Assembly: GCF_026571515.1 (NCBI RefSeq)
Contig: NW_026856964.1
Location: 186,001 to 250,000 of the forward strand
Origin: Ruditapes philippinarum
Lineage: Eukaryota
Direction of reading: 5' to 3'
DNA: 64,000 bases
Positions 25,101 through 40,100 of this stretch are shown here, one piece after another (position 1 is the first letter of the stretch; each line of letters opens with the position of its first letter). Below the pieces are notes generated by a model that was not told where the DNA came from, did not search any database, and worked only from the letters and a program-made list of their open reading frames with translations. The position numbers and the translations under genes were made by a program.

Positions 25101-28100
25101 TATAGGCATAGTCTTTGTGTGTATCTATATTTATATAAATATAATTCTTACAAAACATCATGTAAAGCGAACATAAGATATTAGATGTGTATGTTCCTAG
25201 TTGGAACGACCTAATTACCTTCTTGACCAGGTATTGGATTTAAAAAGGTCCGAATATGGCCATGCCCATCTGAACATTCTATGTGAATAATATCAAACTC
25301 AGCTTACAACTCCTCCAGAAACAGATTTATAATGGTGTTTCATCGTTTCATGATGCAATGAAGATCATCTAAAGTCTTCTAGCTTCCGGAAAGAGTTGTA
25401 CGGTGGTTTACTACTGTGATATTCCTTTTTACAGCAAAGCTTAACCGAGACGTCACGATGCACTTTCTAGTTTTTATGTATTCGGTGGCAAACGACAGCC
25501 TAACCCACCCTGACCTCGTAGTATGTTTATATGATTGAGAAAAGTCTAAACATTGAACACTATTTTTAGAAAGTTTCAGTCGAGCGTCTGTCAATCAATC
25601 TCATCAATTCGGCTTCACATTCTAAGTTCTTTCATCCATGATTCATTTCAGGATTCGATCATAACTAATATAAAATACAGTGCAAAATTTTAATAGAACG
25701 GATGTACGTTTCGCTGAAAGAAAATTAATGAAAGGCCGAACAAACATACCAAGCCCAGTATAGAAATTGAACCAATGCGCAAAACTTTTTCCAACAAATT
25801 TGTATAGGTATATGCATTCAAGAAATGCAGACAGACACCGAACAGATGGTAAATGTGGCAACTAACATATAATTCTATATTATAAAAAGATCTTTTCTCA
25901 CAAGTCTACTGCAGCGCCGCTCTCACTCAATAACCTTGTTCACACACAATCAGCTTGTAGTTACACCACTTGACGCTAATAACACCACCTTGACGATAAT
26001 ATCACTATAGGATCTGACAAAAACATTGTACGCATTACCTACCACCTGAATATTTCACCAGTGCAGTAAATATATAAATGTATACAACACTTCTATACAC
26101 ACGTGTGGAACACAATTATATTCAAACACTTGACACACAATATCATACGACGCACCTTAAAAGATCTGAGCCACACACGACCATTAATTTTTTATGGTTT
26201 TATGTTAATCAGCAAAGTCGTATTGATTGAACCATTCAACAAACTGTATTTAAGATGATTACCGAATTAATATTTCATGTTAATAAAGGGAGGGTAATTG
26301 TTAGAAATAATTCAGCCTCTTCTATTAAATTCCATAAGTCAATTTTATCCATTAAGAATATGATATGCATATATAATTATGAATATAGACCTTAAATATG
26401 TTATCAAATATTTGGAAAATGATCATGAGCTCTTACAAATATGCCCGTTCTGTCCATGTTGAAAATTTGAAAAAAATTTGTGCTAAATTACAGACATATA
26501 ATAATATAACGCAATGAAGGAAGGTGTCATGCAGTTCTCCCAATTACATGTACAAAAGCGAATATGAGCGAAATCAATGCATTAACATGATTATACAAAC
26601 GTGTCATATAGACGACTTGACGTATTCACACCACTTTACAATCAATTGACTTCTACACCATTTGACATATACAAACCAGTTTAAAACAGAGAGTGACACA
26701 ATCCTATCGCTGAATTCTCGATCGTGATCTTAAATGCACACAACATTGTCACTGTGATTGTATAACAATCAATTGTGACAATATAACAGGCGACACTATG
26801 ATCGAGATATAAATCATCCCACTCCAAAGTTTTCTTCTATATAATAAAAATGTTTAAGTACTACTTGACATATACACCTCTTGATTTATACACCATTTGA
26901 CATATACACCTTTGACGTATACACTTATTGACGTATATACCAATTAACGTATATGCCAACAACCGGGGACACTAACCGTCATTTATCACAGCGATGCAAT
27001 TGTGTACAACGTAATTAAGAAATAAACATCGCCTGTAGAGTTTGTATATGGCATCTAACACCGGTTTGGATTTGATGCCCCCGTAGGAATTGAACCACAT
27101 GAAAAAACTTTTAGGACCTGTGGACAGTGGATAATTTTAGTCGTATCAAAAAAACGTACAAGCAACCAGTTGTTATAATAGCCGATAGTACACCTCTCAG
27201 GCGTAAGTTTATTTCGATTCCTTAACACACGATAAAAATTAAGCGAAAATAAGCAAAATCACTGAGTGTATTTTTTAAAGCCGAGGAAAAAACTTTTCGG
27301 TCGATTTTCGATATAACGCTGTTCAATTTTCGCACTACCTTACTGTATCAGCAAGAATATTGAAATACCGTCGTTAAACCAAAAAGGAAAATACTAAGAA
27401 AAAAAAAACGTTCCTATTTTATCAAGTTTTGAACAATAAAAACTAACGTCGTATTGTGTTTACGATTCAGTGTCCCAATTTATCATTCTAATGTTATGTA
27501 ATAGAAAATAACGTCAGGCCTTGTTTATGAACGATGTTGTTTACTTAGCTATACGTCACTTACGCTGCCTCTTACGGATTAAAACGCCGCTTTTGTCAAA
27601 AATATTTATTAACGGCATAACCGGATCTAATATGTCGTCGCGTTAGTGTATTGAGAACTATTTCTGTATTTGTATGAAAAGAAAACATTAACAAACTGAA
27701 AATATATATCATACACAATGACTTAATATATATAGATACTATCTAAAATGCTTGTTAACTATCGTAACAATCAGAAAGGGGTGAAAACATTAACAGCTCT
27801 ATATTGACAAGTAGTTCCCTAACCGCGTGTTTATGTGCAGTTTAACACCAGTTTTTTTACTTCTTTGTCTATAGTGACAAAGTCACGTGAGTGTTAGAAT
27901 TTAAAATAACAGTAGAAAAACATAAAATGTAATAAATGTTATATAAATTTAAAGTTACTTGCGTTTTTGTTTTTCAAAAGCATTGTGTAAGAAGGTAAAT
28001 GAATGTGATCAAATATGTCTACATATGGAGATGGATGCTGGATTCATCGTGCCTCTTGAGTGGAGTGGTTTATGACCTACATTTCCGGCTACAGTGATTG

Positions 28101-31100
28101 TAAGGTAATGTTTCAATTTCTTGTCAGTTCAGCGCATTATTTTCTCCTATGTAATGAAGAAATAATGATACTGCTTGAGTCTCCCAAAAGGAAAATTCAT
28201 TGAAAAGGAGCGTTCTCTTAACTGCAGAATTGGTTTGATTAAGATCATTCATTGGCGATACAGAATTGTCCAACATCCCCTACTCTTCCTACCATTGATT
28301 CAATTTTCAGCACTTCACGTTTCACGAAGAATGATCTTGGCGGAAATGAAATATAAAAATAACACCGAGAGTGTGAGAGATGTTGCTTTTATCATTGTTC
28401 CTCACAAGGGGAATCTTCCCCCTTTTTAACACAAGTTTAATGCCATTGTTCTAGATGGATCTCCTTTATTCTGCATTGTTACTATCATCCTTGGAAGAGA
28501 AAAATGACTTGTACTACCCAATTGTCAATGTCAGTTTACATATTTACAGATTCATCTGACAATGCTCTTTTACATAATTGTTAAATTGATGTGCTTTATT
28601 TTTTAGGTTCACTAATTGCTAACTCTTCATATCTAAGTCTTGTCTCCCTAACATAATTCATACGGCAAGAAGTATCGCCAAAGGAAAAAATTATTACGGA
28701 TTTCTTATCTTGGAAATAAAATACTGTCCTATGATAATAAAGTTCCCCAAAAATGTGTTAGGTCAAGATTTTGAATTTTTTATTTGAAAAGAAACATCAT
28801 CTTCAAAATTGTTATACATGCACTAAAAATCTTGCTGTAACATTTCATTAATATGCCTATTAATTGTTTTTTTTTCTTGCAATAATTTAAAACATGTGAA
28901 TAGTTATAAGAAGCAGTATTAAGGAAAATATATTTGGAAATATCATTAAGTCAACACAACAGTTTACCCAAAGTTATACTTAATTATAAAAACATATATT
29001 GCGTGAGTTGAAATTGATAATTCTGCAAATAATCTTACTTAAATTAACGCATCTGTCAATATTGGTGTCAGATACTTTCTTATGTTTTGTGATGCAATTT
29101 TTATTTTGTTTTCAGTTGATGAGAAAGTGTTGGAGAGACACATTTTGTTTACGAATGACAAAAGCATCTGCGCCGTTCCTGTATCTGTACTTGGCCTCGG
29201 GAGCTCATCCATCTTTTCTATACATTGTGATCTGGTGAAAGGGGATAGCTACGTTACAAGGTGTACCTGAATAGACTTTATTATAATTTAATATTTCAGA
29301 TTTATTTGATGATATGGGATGCTCTTGCTGATCAAACAGGGGTTTTTTCTTCAGAATTTTAATATATTTAATTTAGATTATCATAAAACGTTACATTGAT
29401 AAACATATCTTAAATTTAAATTGGTTCATCATCAAATAATAGGTACCAAAACAAAAACCATTTAATAGTTAGGGGGAAAGTTTTTACAATGATGCTATAG
29501 TGCCAGAAATGGCGACACTGCGAATAGTGGTCATGGGATCAGACAACTCGAACATGCCGAATGTTCATTAGAGTCTGCCCTTAAGATCTCATCTGTAAAA
29601 ATAATTGCACGCCAGCAGGGATTAAAGGTGAAATGACAATGATTTAGTCTGACGTGGCTACATAACATTAGTTTGCTAATTGTTGTGTAAAAACCAATTT
29701 ACATAATTAACATATATATACTAGATGAATTACTAACTTTATCTTTAAGAGTTGCCGTAAACATGAGGACAAAAGATTCGGTTATTTTAATTATACAAAT
29801 GATCTTCAACAATATTTAAACAGCCTGCATTCAAAGAAGATCAAAGAGAAGTGCTTTACGAATCTGCTGGTATAGTTATAGGTACATGGTTCAATTATTA
29901 TTATAACTGATTTTTATTAAGACCACATTGCTTGATTATTTTAAAGCATTTGTATCTTATGGTGATTATTTTAAAACTGAAATATTTAAACAAGAACATA
30001 CAAAACTCAAATCTGTCTTGAGTGCGTGTCATATAATGGGGCCTCTTTGAAACACACCACTTCTACGTTTGAAAAATATACAAACATATATTGATAAAAA
30101 AGCCAGTCTGCATAACAATAGTTTTATCTTTTGCTGAAACTCATGAAGCTTATGTTCATTAAATTAAAAAAATACTTTACATAAAAAGTTACTATTAATA
30201 TCTTAATACTTATATCGTAATATAATCAACTTTTTATTATAAAAGTACTAAGATATTTATAGTATTATCTTTATATTATATCATAAAGTAATGGTACTCT
30301 TCGTAGTGGAAATCACTATTTTGACCTGTTCATCATTGTTTATTGCAATTCATATTCTTCGGAAACTGAAATGATGAAAATGATATAGATAAGAATAAAC
30401 ATTAATCGGAAGAGAATTATTTATAATTATAAATGTTAAACACTTCAAAATTAACGAATATTTCGTCTTTCATACACTAGAACGTAAATTAAAAACAATG
30501 CTTTTATTTCAACTTCTGTAATATTCATAGTTACCATACTATATTGATTAATTTAAAGATCGAAACGCTTACCAAAATAAGTATAACTGATAATACATGT
30601 GCGTATGCGTTTCATTATTCAAAATTTAAGATATGGATTGTTGGATCTGGATATAAGTTATGTTGTTGCTCCAATTATTGCGAGAGAAAAAGACATATCG
30701 GTATCATCTCTATTATGCTTCAATAAGAAAAGTTGTGATCTGGAAAGTTTTGATCGAACAATTAACAGATTCAGATATTCACTAAATATAGCTGGTTAAA
30801 CACACATAATAAGTTAAACGATTTAAACAGACTGTTCTTTTAAAGCAATTACAAGATAAACATCATACTTACCCGAGAAGAATACAAATCAACAAGACAT
30901 AATACATAATATAGAAAATGATTCCTTCAACATTGCCCTATCTATATCATCCTATGTTATTCTTCTTAATACAATTAACATATTCAATATTAAATCTCCT
31001 TAAAGAAAGCACGATCCTTTTACAGTTTGATATCTTACCTTGATTAAAATAATACTGTTAAAAGCATCTGACTGTCCTCAATGTTTCACATGGTAGGCGT

Positions 31101-34100
31101 TTGAACTTTGCATATCTCTCATGAACAGACTCAATTAAACCAAGTTATCTTTATTATTTCTTTTCTAGAGATTCGTCTTTTTTTCAAGTTTTCAGATAAA
31201 TGTTGGTCGTCGTCCATTTCTAAAAAAGTGCAAGTTAATCTATTTAAATTTTCAGAAAAGTTTATTGGATATCGAGCTTTTTAGAAGGCACGGGCAAAAA
31301 TTATGTTTTGAATGCATGGAGTATAGAAACAAAGACATCAGAAATTATACCAACATCATTGCTTTCCAAACCGTCTGACTTAGAGTATGATAGAATTAAA
31401 AGACAAGGATAACTCTTAATTATTTATTGATTCATTGGTATTTAATTATATACAACAATATAATAATATTTCATGACTCCCCTAATAAAATTAATACATA
31501 AATAAATTAATTGCATAAAATGCGCATGTAATTTCTAATTATATATAATTATAATTGTTGTATCTTTTATTTCATCACTGGAAACAGTCTTGCAATGATT
31601 GAAGGAGAGGTCACCTGATGTCCAATAGTCTAATGACATTGAAATCGTAAATCATTCATACATCGACTGATTCACTTCATACAGAAATTATGCAAAAGAG
31701 GGTTAAGAAATATGCGCAGAATTTAATGGAACATCGTTTGTTATTGCGATTCTTAGCCTGTTTTGAATTTTCTTTCATTTATAGGTCTTTTTGAACGTTG
31801 CATATTGTATATTGTCACAGATTGTTAAACAAAGTATGGTACAGTATTAATTTGATCTCCTGTCTGAATCGTTGGCGTTGAAGGAGATTTGAAAAAAGTT
31901 CGAAGCGATTGATACTCAACTACTCCCATACAGTATCTTGAAAACAATTATATATAAAATTTCATGGCATGTGAATATAATTATCTTATTTGTGTTAAAG
32001 ATTGTTGTGGAATGACGATGATGGACATATAGGAATGATAAATACTGACAGAACCGGCGAGAGAAAATATGACACTGCAACTACAGGGGAACCACGACAT
32101 GCCGTTACAGTTTATAAGGTAAAGATATTTTCAATTATATGTTGATTAGTTTATCTACCCTGTATAAAAAGTTATTGCTCTACTAATTAATGACCCCACG
32201 CCATTGTAACCGTCACTTCTACATTTTATCTTAGTTTTATCCTTGTAAGTGTTGCTTTTGACAAAAACCATGTATATATTTCTTATGTAAGTGAACAATA
32301 TAATTATTAAATTCAAATAATTAAATTCAAATTTATTCCACGAAAAGCTGATATCAAATGCAGTTAGCTTTTGGTAACTGTTGTACAAGTTGAAGGTCAC
32401 AATAACATTATAATAATGCTAATCAACATTAAAGGAAATTATGGGAAATTGTTGAAAATACATCATTTCAAAAATATTAAAAGTGGATTGTTCTACAATT
32501 TGCAAATTGTCACTAAGTATTCAAATATTGATAAGAATAGAAATATCTAAAATGGCTATTCGTAAAACAAAAATGATTTGGTATCAACACAGGCACAATA
32601 ATATCTTGTTCTGAAATATTTTACTGACTTTAGATATATAAAATTATATAGATTATGTCTTACCAGATCATGTATCTCACATATTTCCAAAACCATCAAT
32701 GCACATGTACATTTCTCTAATGATTCGCTGTCACATATGATACAAAATCCTTGTATGACAATTAGTTATTATATGACTTTACAGAGCATTTATTAGTGAC
32801 CAATTCACACTAATGCATATATTTCAGAATTTTATTATATCGTCAACAGAAGAAAACAGACAGTTTGATATAGTCTACGAACTAGATGAACAAAGGTTTA
32901 GTGTGAATTTACACAAAGCGTATGACGGATTTGTTGAAGATGTACATGTTTATGAATCGGCATTGCAACCATTTGATCTTGGTATGGTCGTATATTATCT
33001 CGAAATTATCTTTTCCTTATAAAAATTTTCACAGTCATTATCAGCTTGTATTTTAGAGTAGTACAGTAAGTATTTTTTGTTTGACTTTTATATGTAGAAA
33101 TTGTGTTTCTGCTTATTGCATTTCCCTTCCCTTCTTTCGCCGCCGAAATTGTATTTCTGCTCAATGCCTTTTTATCTCCTATCGCCTGCCTTGTGTTTTC
33201 TCCCAGTTCTTGTTTGTTGCCTTCTGGGCACCCAGCTGTTGTAGCTGGGTGTGTGTTGGAGACTGCGTCCTGTGAACGTTGTTCTTACCTTATTTGTCTT
33301 CATTCTCATTATTTTAACGATAGATTCTAAAAACTGTTGGGATTAGTTTATCAGTTTCACATCTCTCCTCAATTAACGAAAAAACGTAATAACGGGGCAG
33401 GTAAAAATACCGAATACAAAAATTGACAATGAATTTGTCTTTCTGATTTTACAGAGTCGTGCGAATTAAACAATGGGGATTGTGAACATGTATGTCTTCC
33501 AGGAAGTGAAGGAAAATGTGCTTGTTTTCTTGGATATTTTCTTAACGGTGACAACAAGTCATGTCGGTCAGGTAAAGAACTTGTTTCCAGTTTAGTTGTA
33601 CTTTTTAGGCCTATTAGAATATACGGCAACAGTTTTGCTTTACATTGAGACAGAAAGAAAAAAAATATAATTACGCATATGTCACTTAGCGTGTATTTTT
33701 TTCCATTATGATATTTCTAATTAATTTTTGTGATTTACTAACTTGAATAACAATTTCAGTATTTTTTCGCAGCTGTTTTGAATGAGAATTATTTTGTTGT
33801 ACTGGACGAAGTTCATGAAGGGCTGTACCAGGTTGACCAGGAAACAAAAAGTATACATGCCATTGAAATTAAACAAGATAATGTTCCTGTTAGATTAGCG
33901 TTGGATCCCAAAAGGAATGGCGTTATATGGGTTGATAAAAATACTAACGCAGTAAAAAAAAGATTACGTTAGGTACATCTGACGAGACAGCAGTGATGTC
34001 TGGTAAGAATATTTTTATATTTTCATTACCGTAACGTATTTAGTAAAAGTATTTCGATTGTTAGAAAATGTCACAAATTCAACAAATAAATTATTTCACA

Positions 34101-37100
34101 ATTCGTATGCATGAATCACTGCGCTGTTTGTGCTGTTACTTTGACGGATTATATTTGTAGTCGTGAGGGGTTTCCTACCTTTTATCTCTCCAACCTTTTA
34201 GCAATTTTGCCTATAGCCTCTTTTTCCTATAATAATGATCAAACTAATTTACAAGATTCCCTTTTGGTTAGTAATTAGCCCACCCACGTTCTCTCAATTT
34301 TTAAATCCCTGCCATTTTTCGTCCCTATTGTAGGCGTTAATGTGACAGTGGTGGTGTTGGCTGGTAGTTTTCACTTCGGATCAAGGCACTAAGCCGCATT
34401 GAATTTACCAGAGCACAGTTCAGCCTTCGCGTTGTTTTCCTGGGCAGGCTGTCGAGCAATTTATCAGTACTAGTTACCTTCATTTTTCAAGGACCTGAAA
34501 CTTCTGTACATACCAGAGCAGAGGTACAGTGCGAATGACCGTAGAATCGAACCAGGGTCCCCGATTTACTGTCCAACGCTCTACCTATTGAGCTAACCGG
34601 ACGGCATTTCGCGAACTGTGCTCTCCCTTGTTGTTTTTTATTCATTTCTATTTCTCCTCTCAAGTAAATATGTAAGGGGCGTATATGTAAGTAATGTACC
34701 AACTAAGAAAGAGATAAAGTCAGCAATATCAATTCATTTATTTACCACTTTTCTCCCTGTCCCTGGTCAGCATACACTTTATCTGTAAATCATTGTGGTC
34801 GTTTCGCTGATTCTTTTGTATGGTATAATATACTTTAACAACACGCTGTTTTACAATTGCAGGTGTTGATAATAATGCTGCTATAGCAGTAGATGTATCT
34901 TCTGGAAACATATATATCTCATCTGGACGGAAGATATCCGTAGTCAGCCCTTCTCTTAATTCACTGACGATAGTTGATTCAACAAATATAATTGCCAACA
35001 TTGGAAAAATTGCTGTAATGCCTCAATCTGGGTAATCAAATTTTCAACTTTTAAGAAGTTTAATTTTAAAACATTATTCTCCCAAGAAACAAGACATACT
35101 TTATTCAAACTATTCGTTTGGAATTTTCTAGTTTATACCAGTCTAGTATTTCCTTCATTTCTAAGGTTGATCATTATTCTGTAACCCTAGTCTTAATTTT
35201 CGAAGTCAATCATTAGATTTTACATGGAGGCTTTGTGTCATTTAATATTCCGTATTTTTAAAACTTGATTAAAAAAATACCATTGAGTTATAAAATAAAT
35301 GGATCAGGTGCAGGTTAACTAATTGAACAAAGGTTTACGCGAATATGAATGCAGATCGACCTATTCTAGAAAGGACGAGGAAAAACAGTTTATGAAAAGT
35401 CCAGCATACATTTATATTCTTTCTGAATTTTGTCTAAGACGGTGTATGCAGGCACGTTCAGTACCACTATCGTCTATGAACAGACTCAGCAGTTTCAAAA
35501 TTGCATATTTGAATGTTCTTTTGGATATTTTTATTATATTTTTTTTCATTCGATTTTTGGTACATTGCACTTAATCAAACATTATTTTACTATGTGTGAT
35601 TTTCTGTTCATTTCATAATTATCCCTTGTAATGCATTTTGAACTAGCCTTTGTGGAACATGTTTGACTATACACTATTGTTACTATGACAATTGTAAAAT
35701 TACACTTGTTTGGGATTCATTTAATTTACACTTCTTCTCGTCATAAAGAACATATTGGAGCTAAGAACAAGTCTTACGTGCCTCAAACTGTGTTAAACTC
35801 CTGAAGAAATATTCAATAAAACCTGGCTATCATTTCTAACCCTATAAACGACTCATTTACCGTGGTGCAAACACTTTCAATCCCAATCATCTATCTTTTT
35901 TCGCTTCTTTATCCAATAAAAAGATGCCATCAATTAGGGAACGACCATATTCCACTCTTTTGAAATGATAAATTATTGTCAATTATGAATATGTATATTT
36001 GATTCTGCAATATGTATATGCACAACAGAATTTATAAGGTCAGTATCGGATGGTTTTCCGACCCATAATGATCATTTGGACGGGGAGAATAAATGGGGTC
36101 ATTCAAATTGTTAGGGCCGAAAAAAAGTTTTAAACTCCTCAGTAGTGTTATTACCACCGACAGTTCCAAGACGGTACCGCTCTGTGTTCCACATGTTTGT
36201 GTTTTAACATGTATAATATGTTGTCACGAACTGTGATGGCCTGTCTTGTTGAGTTGTTTTTGGCGTTGGGTATCTCCTGTCCATTCTGCTCATATCCTAT
36301 TTTTGTGCCCCAATCCATTTTCCTTGCACCCTAATCTTGTCCATTTAGTTTCAGCACTTTAAATTCTTATCATTTAATTTATTAGATAGTCAACTCAACA
36401 GTTATTGACATCTTTTTCCACATCTTTTTCGGCCTTTGTCACCTCCCCTGTTTTAGTCCAATGCCTTCTTTGTACCCTGCTAGTGTAACTGGGATGCGTC
36501 GAGAACTACGTTCGCTGCACGTCACCTTGCCATATTTATATGTGTTCTCATTTCTATTTTATACATATCATATATACACCTGGAAATAACTTACGTACAT
36601 CCAGGATTATCCCTTAATTGTGACATGAACACTACTGAAATTTTAAATCTTCTTTGGACAATGTTATGAACCAACTGTTGTCAACCTGCAACAACTGGAA
36701 CAAGCTCTGCACTGAAAAATGGCAACATTTACCTAAAAATGGCATTAGACGCCTTACTTGTAGTATGAGAAGAAGGATTGAGGCTATCATCCTGGCACAT
36801 GGCGGTTACACACGTTATTTAAAATTTGGCTACATAATCTCATTTTAGGTTACTTTATCGTCAATATTTATCAAACTATCCACCAGCAACTGTTTTGTAA
36901 ACGCTCCAACACCATACAATTACTTTTTTTGTTAAAATACAACACATTTGCTTATGCTTCAATAATTTTGTTAAGAATAAACTAAACTCATAAACTTACT
37001 GTTATACTGATATCGCCACTCATTTAATACCTTTTCTTCGCTCAATTAAGTCGCCATCTCATGACAGTGCTTTCAATCTCAACCAATTTTGAATTTCTTT

Positions 37101-40100
37101 AACTTATTTCTAGAGGTATATTTATAACTGAAATTTTTTGAAAAAGTTTACAATAGACAAGCCTAGTTCAATCTTTACTTGATTGTATTTTTTTCCAAGG
37201 TCAATAGCTTGGTACGAAGGCAATACACGCATTGTCATTGCAAATATGGACGGGTCAAACGTTCGACCAATTACAGTACAGTCCATGGAGAAGCCTGAGG
37301 ATATAGCTTTTGACTTAGATGATGGTAAGAAATTGCCCTTTAAATTCAGTTCTTCAGGGATGTTAATATCTTAATTCTAAAATTTGGAAAGCAAGAATCT
37401 GGTCACAATGACTGATAAGATCATACTCATATGCATACTTGTCTCTCACTAAAATCACCCAAAACCCGGAATAGTTTGTTAAATACCCAGGTATAATGAA
37501 AACAACACAATTACATGAACATTGCAGTCTGTTTGATTGAGTCTTTTTGTTTAAGATAATAAATAAGTGCAACATCCTCCGCGCACCATAGCGTCGGTTG
37601 AAGCAAATTTCAATGTTCACCCCTCAAAGCAATAATCCCGAAGGACCAAAAATACTTGATTTTACTTTTTGTCGTTCTTGAGAACATCCGTTTTTTCTTA
37701 ATTCAACTGTGTAACAAGTCCAAGGTAACAATATTGAGTAAATATCTGATTAAGAGATAGTAATTGTGTATGGTTGTACTTTTAAGACTTAGCGAGATTT
37801 AGTTCATAGGTTAATACATTTCATGGTTGTCACGTATAAATAGCGAACATATTTCTTCAGAAGACAACAAAAAACATTCTTTTGTTTGCAGACAGAGGAT
37901 TATATTGGTGTGACAGTGTTTTGGACAAAATCGAGAAAATTGACACACAATCTTTAGCAATTACAATTGTTTACGTGGGGCGTGGCTTAAAGCCGGTTGC
38001 CATAGAAATATTTGCAGATGTTATATATTTAGTCCCAATGCAACAAAGGTAAATAATAGATTATAAATTACTAGTACATCGATCTTATATGCCATTAAAT
38101 AGCCATTGAACATGTTTCTTATTTTGAACATGCAATGCGATGCTCGGTCACTCAGATTATTGATGTGTTGTTAAAAGGTATAAAGTGTGTATTTTGGTAT
38201 TAAAGGGAATAAGCAAAGACAACACTCGTATATACGTGTCAGTTATCATTTCAAATGGAATCAAATTTGGTTTGACAAGCATATCAATTTAATGCAAATC
38301 ATAATAACTATTTTGAATTGGAAACCCTGCTTCATGTGATAGTCAGACAAAGTAACTATTCTTTTAGACTCGAATCCAAAAGTGAATAAAAAATATGATA
38401 TATTGTTACACGTAATCATTTTTTATTTGAAGGAAAATCGTACAAATTAACAAAATCAATGGCTTGCAGCAGAGGGATGTATTTGAGTCACCTTTGTTAG
38501 GGTCCCTTGACAACTTCTTTATATCAAGAAAGTTTGTGACAGGTAAAATAAATTGAATAAAGAAAACTACCTTTCTTTTATTATAATCTGATACATTTTG
38601 CAAAAAAGAATGTATATACAAGATGACTGGTATACAATTACGTCCTGTATTCATATAGCAATATAAATCATGATAAAATAATACAAAATTTATCGTAATA
38701 TGATCCTACTGTTTTTCATTTGCTGAAGAAATCAGCGACTCTTTAGAAATATTGCTGGTAGAAAAACGAACACAAAATCATGCATTCAAGATAGATTAAA
38801 AAAGAATATATTGCTTTCATTGGCACACAGTTATGTGATATATGTCTTGTGTTTTAGTTGATATATTATTTATTCAGTTTTGTATTCAATATTTATTATA
38901 TCTAAAATATTCCACATTAGGTGTTTTCTATATCAAGAACACAAATAAGATAATATTATCTACTATTTGTTATATCATGATTTGAATAACACAAGAACAC
39001 ACTCAACATTTTTTTCAGATACGATGCTATTATAAAAAAACATACTCAAAATATTGTATCATTTAAGACATTGCCTTACGTGTGTAAACTTGGACCTGGC
39101 ACTATTGTTGTTAGGTCTTCAGCCAATTCTTTTGATTTATCAACTACATTCTACTTTGTATAGGACATGATCTATGTGGAGACTGTAACGGGGGTTGTAG
39201 TAATCTTTGTCTACCTATAGGCAGAAGCAAAAGGTGTGCATGTAGAGAAGGGGTTAACTTGAAACAAGACGAACTGACTTGTCAATATGGTAATATTAAT
39301 ATGCATATCTTTAGCAGTAGTATAGAAAGGAGATATATGTTTCAGTTGCGGTTTTAGCGGAAAGTTCATACAATGTCAAGAAATATAGCATATTTAAATT
39401 TATGTTATCATCTTGTTTTCTGCATTTTCCATTCTAAATACTAGTACAATCAAGCAGATTTTGTAAGTGCAAAGAACTCAATTAAGGTTTTATTTGTGCG
39501 GCCTGCTACACAGTAGCGGCGACATATATGGATCACTTATCCGTCGTCTGTCTCTACGTCACAAGACTTGACAGGACTACTCCTAAAAAACTCGTGCAAT
39601 TTTATCCAAACATTTCAGGAATGATATCACCGGCATTGTTTAGTTCAATGAATATTGTCAGAGTTATGAGTCTTTAATGATTTCTATTTATAGATTTTGT
39701 CGCAACTACTTTTCTTATATTACTAATGCAAATTGGCTGAAACGTTACAGGATTGATTGATGATAGATATTGACTGAGTTATGGCCTCTGAAAAAAACCC
39801 GGCGTTTTGCCTGTTAATGAGTTAACGTCTTCTGTTCCATAATTGCTAAAATATGCTACAAAGTAGCCGCAATATATAGGAAGCATACTGGTCATTCAAC
39901 CCTCAATACTACTACCTAATTGGCTATCAACAAGCGACACATGTGCTCACTGATTGCTTTTGTGTATTATTTATTTTTCTTTGTTGTATAGAATTCCATG
40001 GTCCGTAAGCATTTAAATACTGTTATATGAACTTTAAGCAACATAGCCTTATCCATTTGTTTTTGCTATGGCGTTGTCAGATGGGAAAGAAAAAGCATTT

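Noticed and set aside
36110-36530. Pyrimidine-rich repeat-like tracts (also about 33100-33300 and 34160-34350)
   Set aside because: Probably retroelement remnants, but I cannot set boundaries or assign a family.
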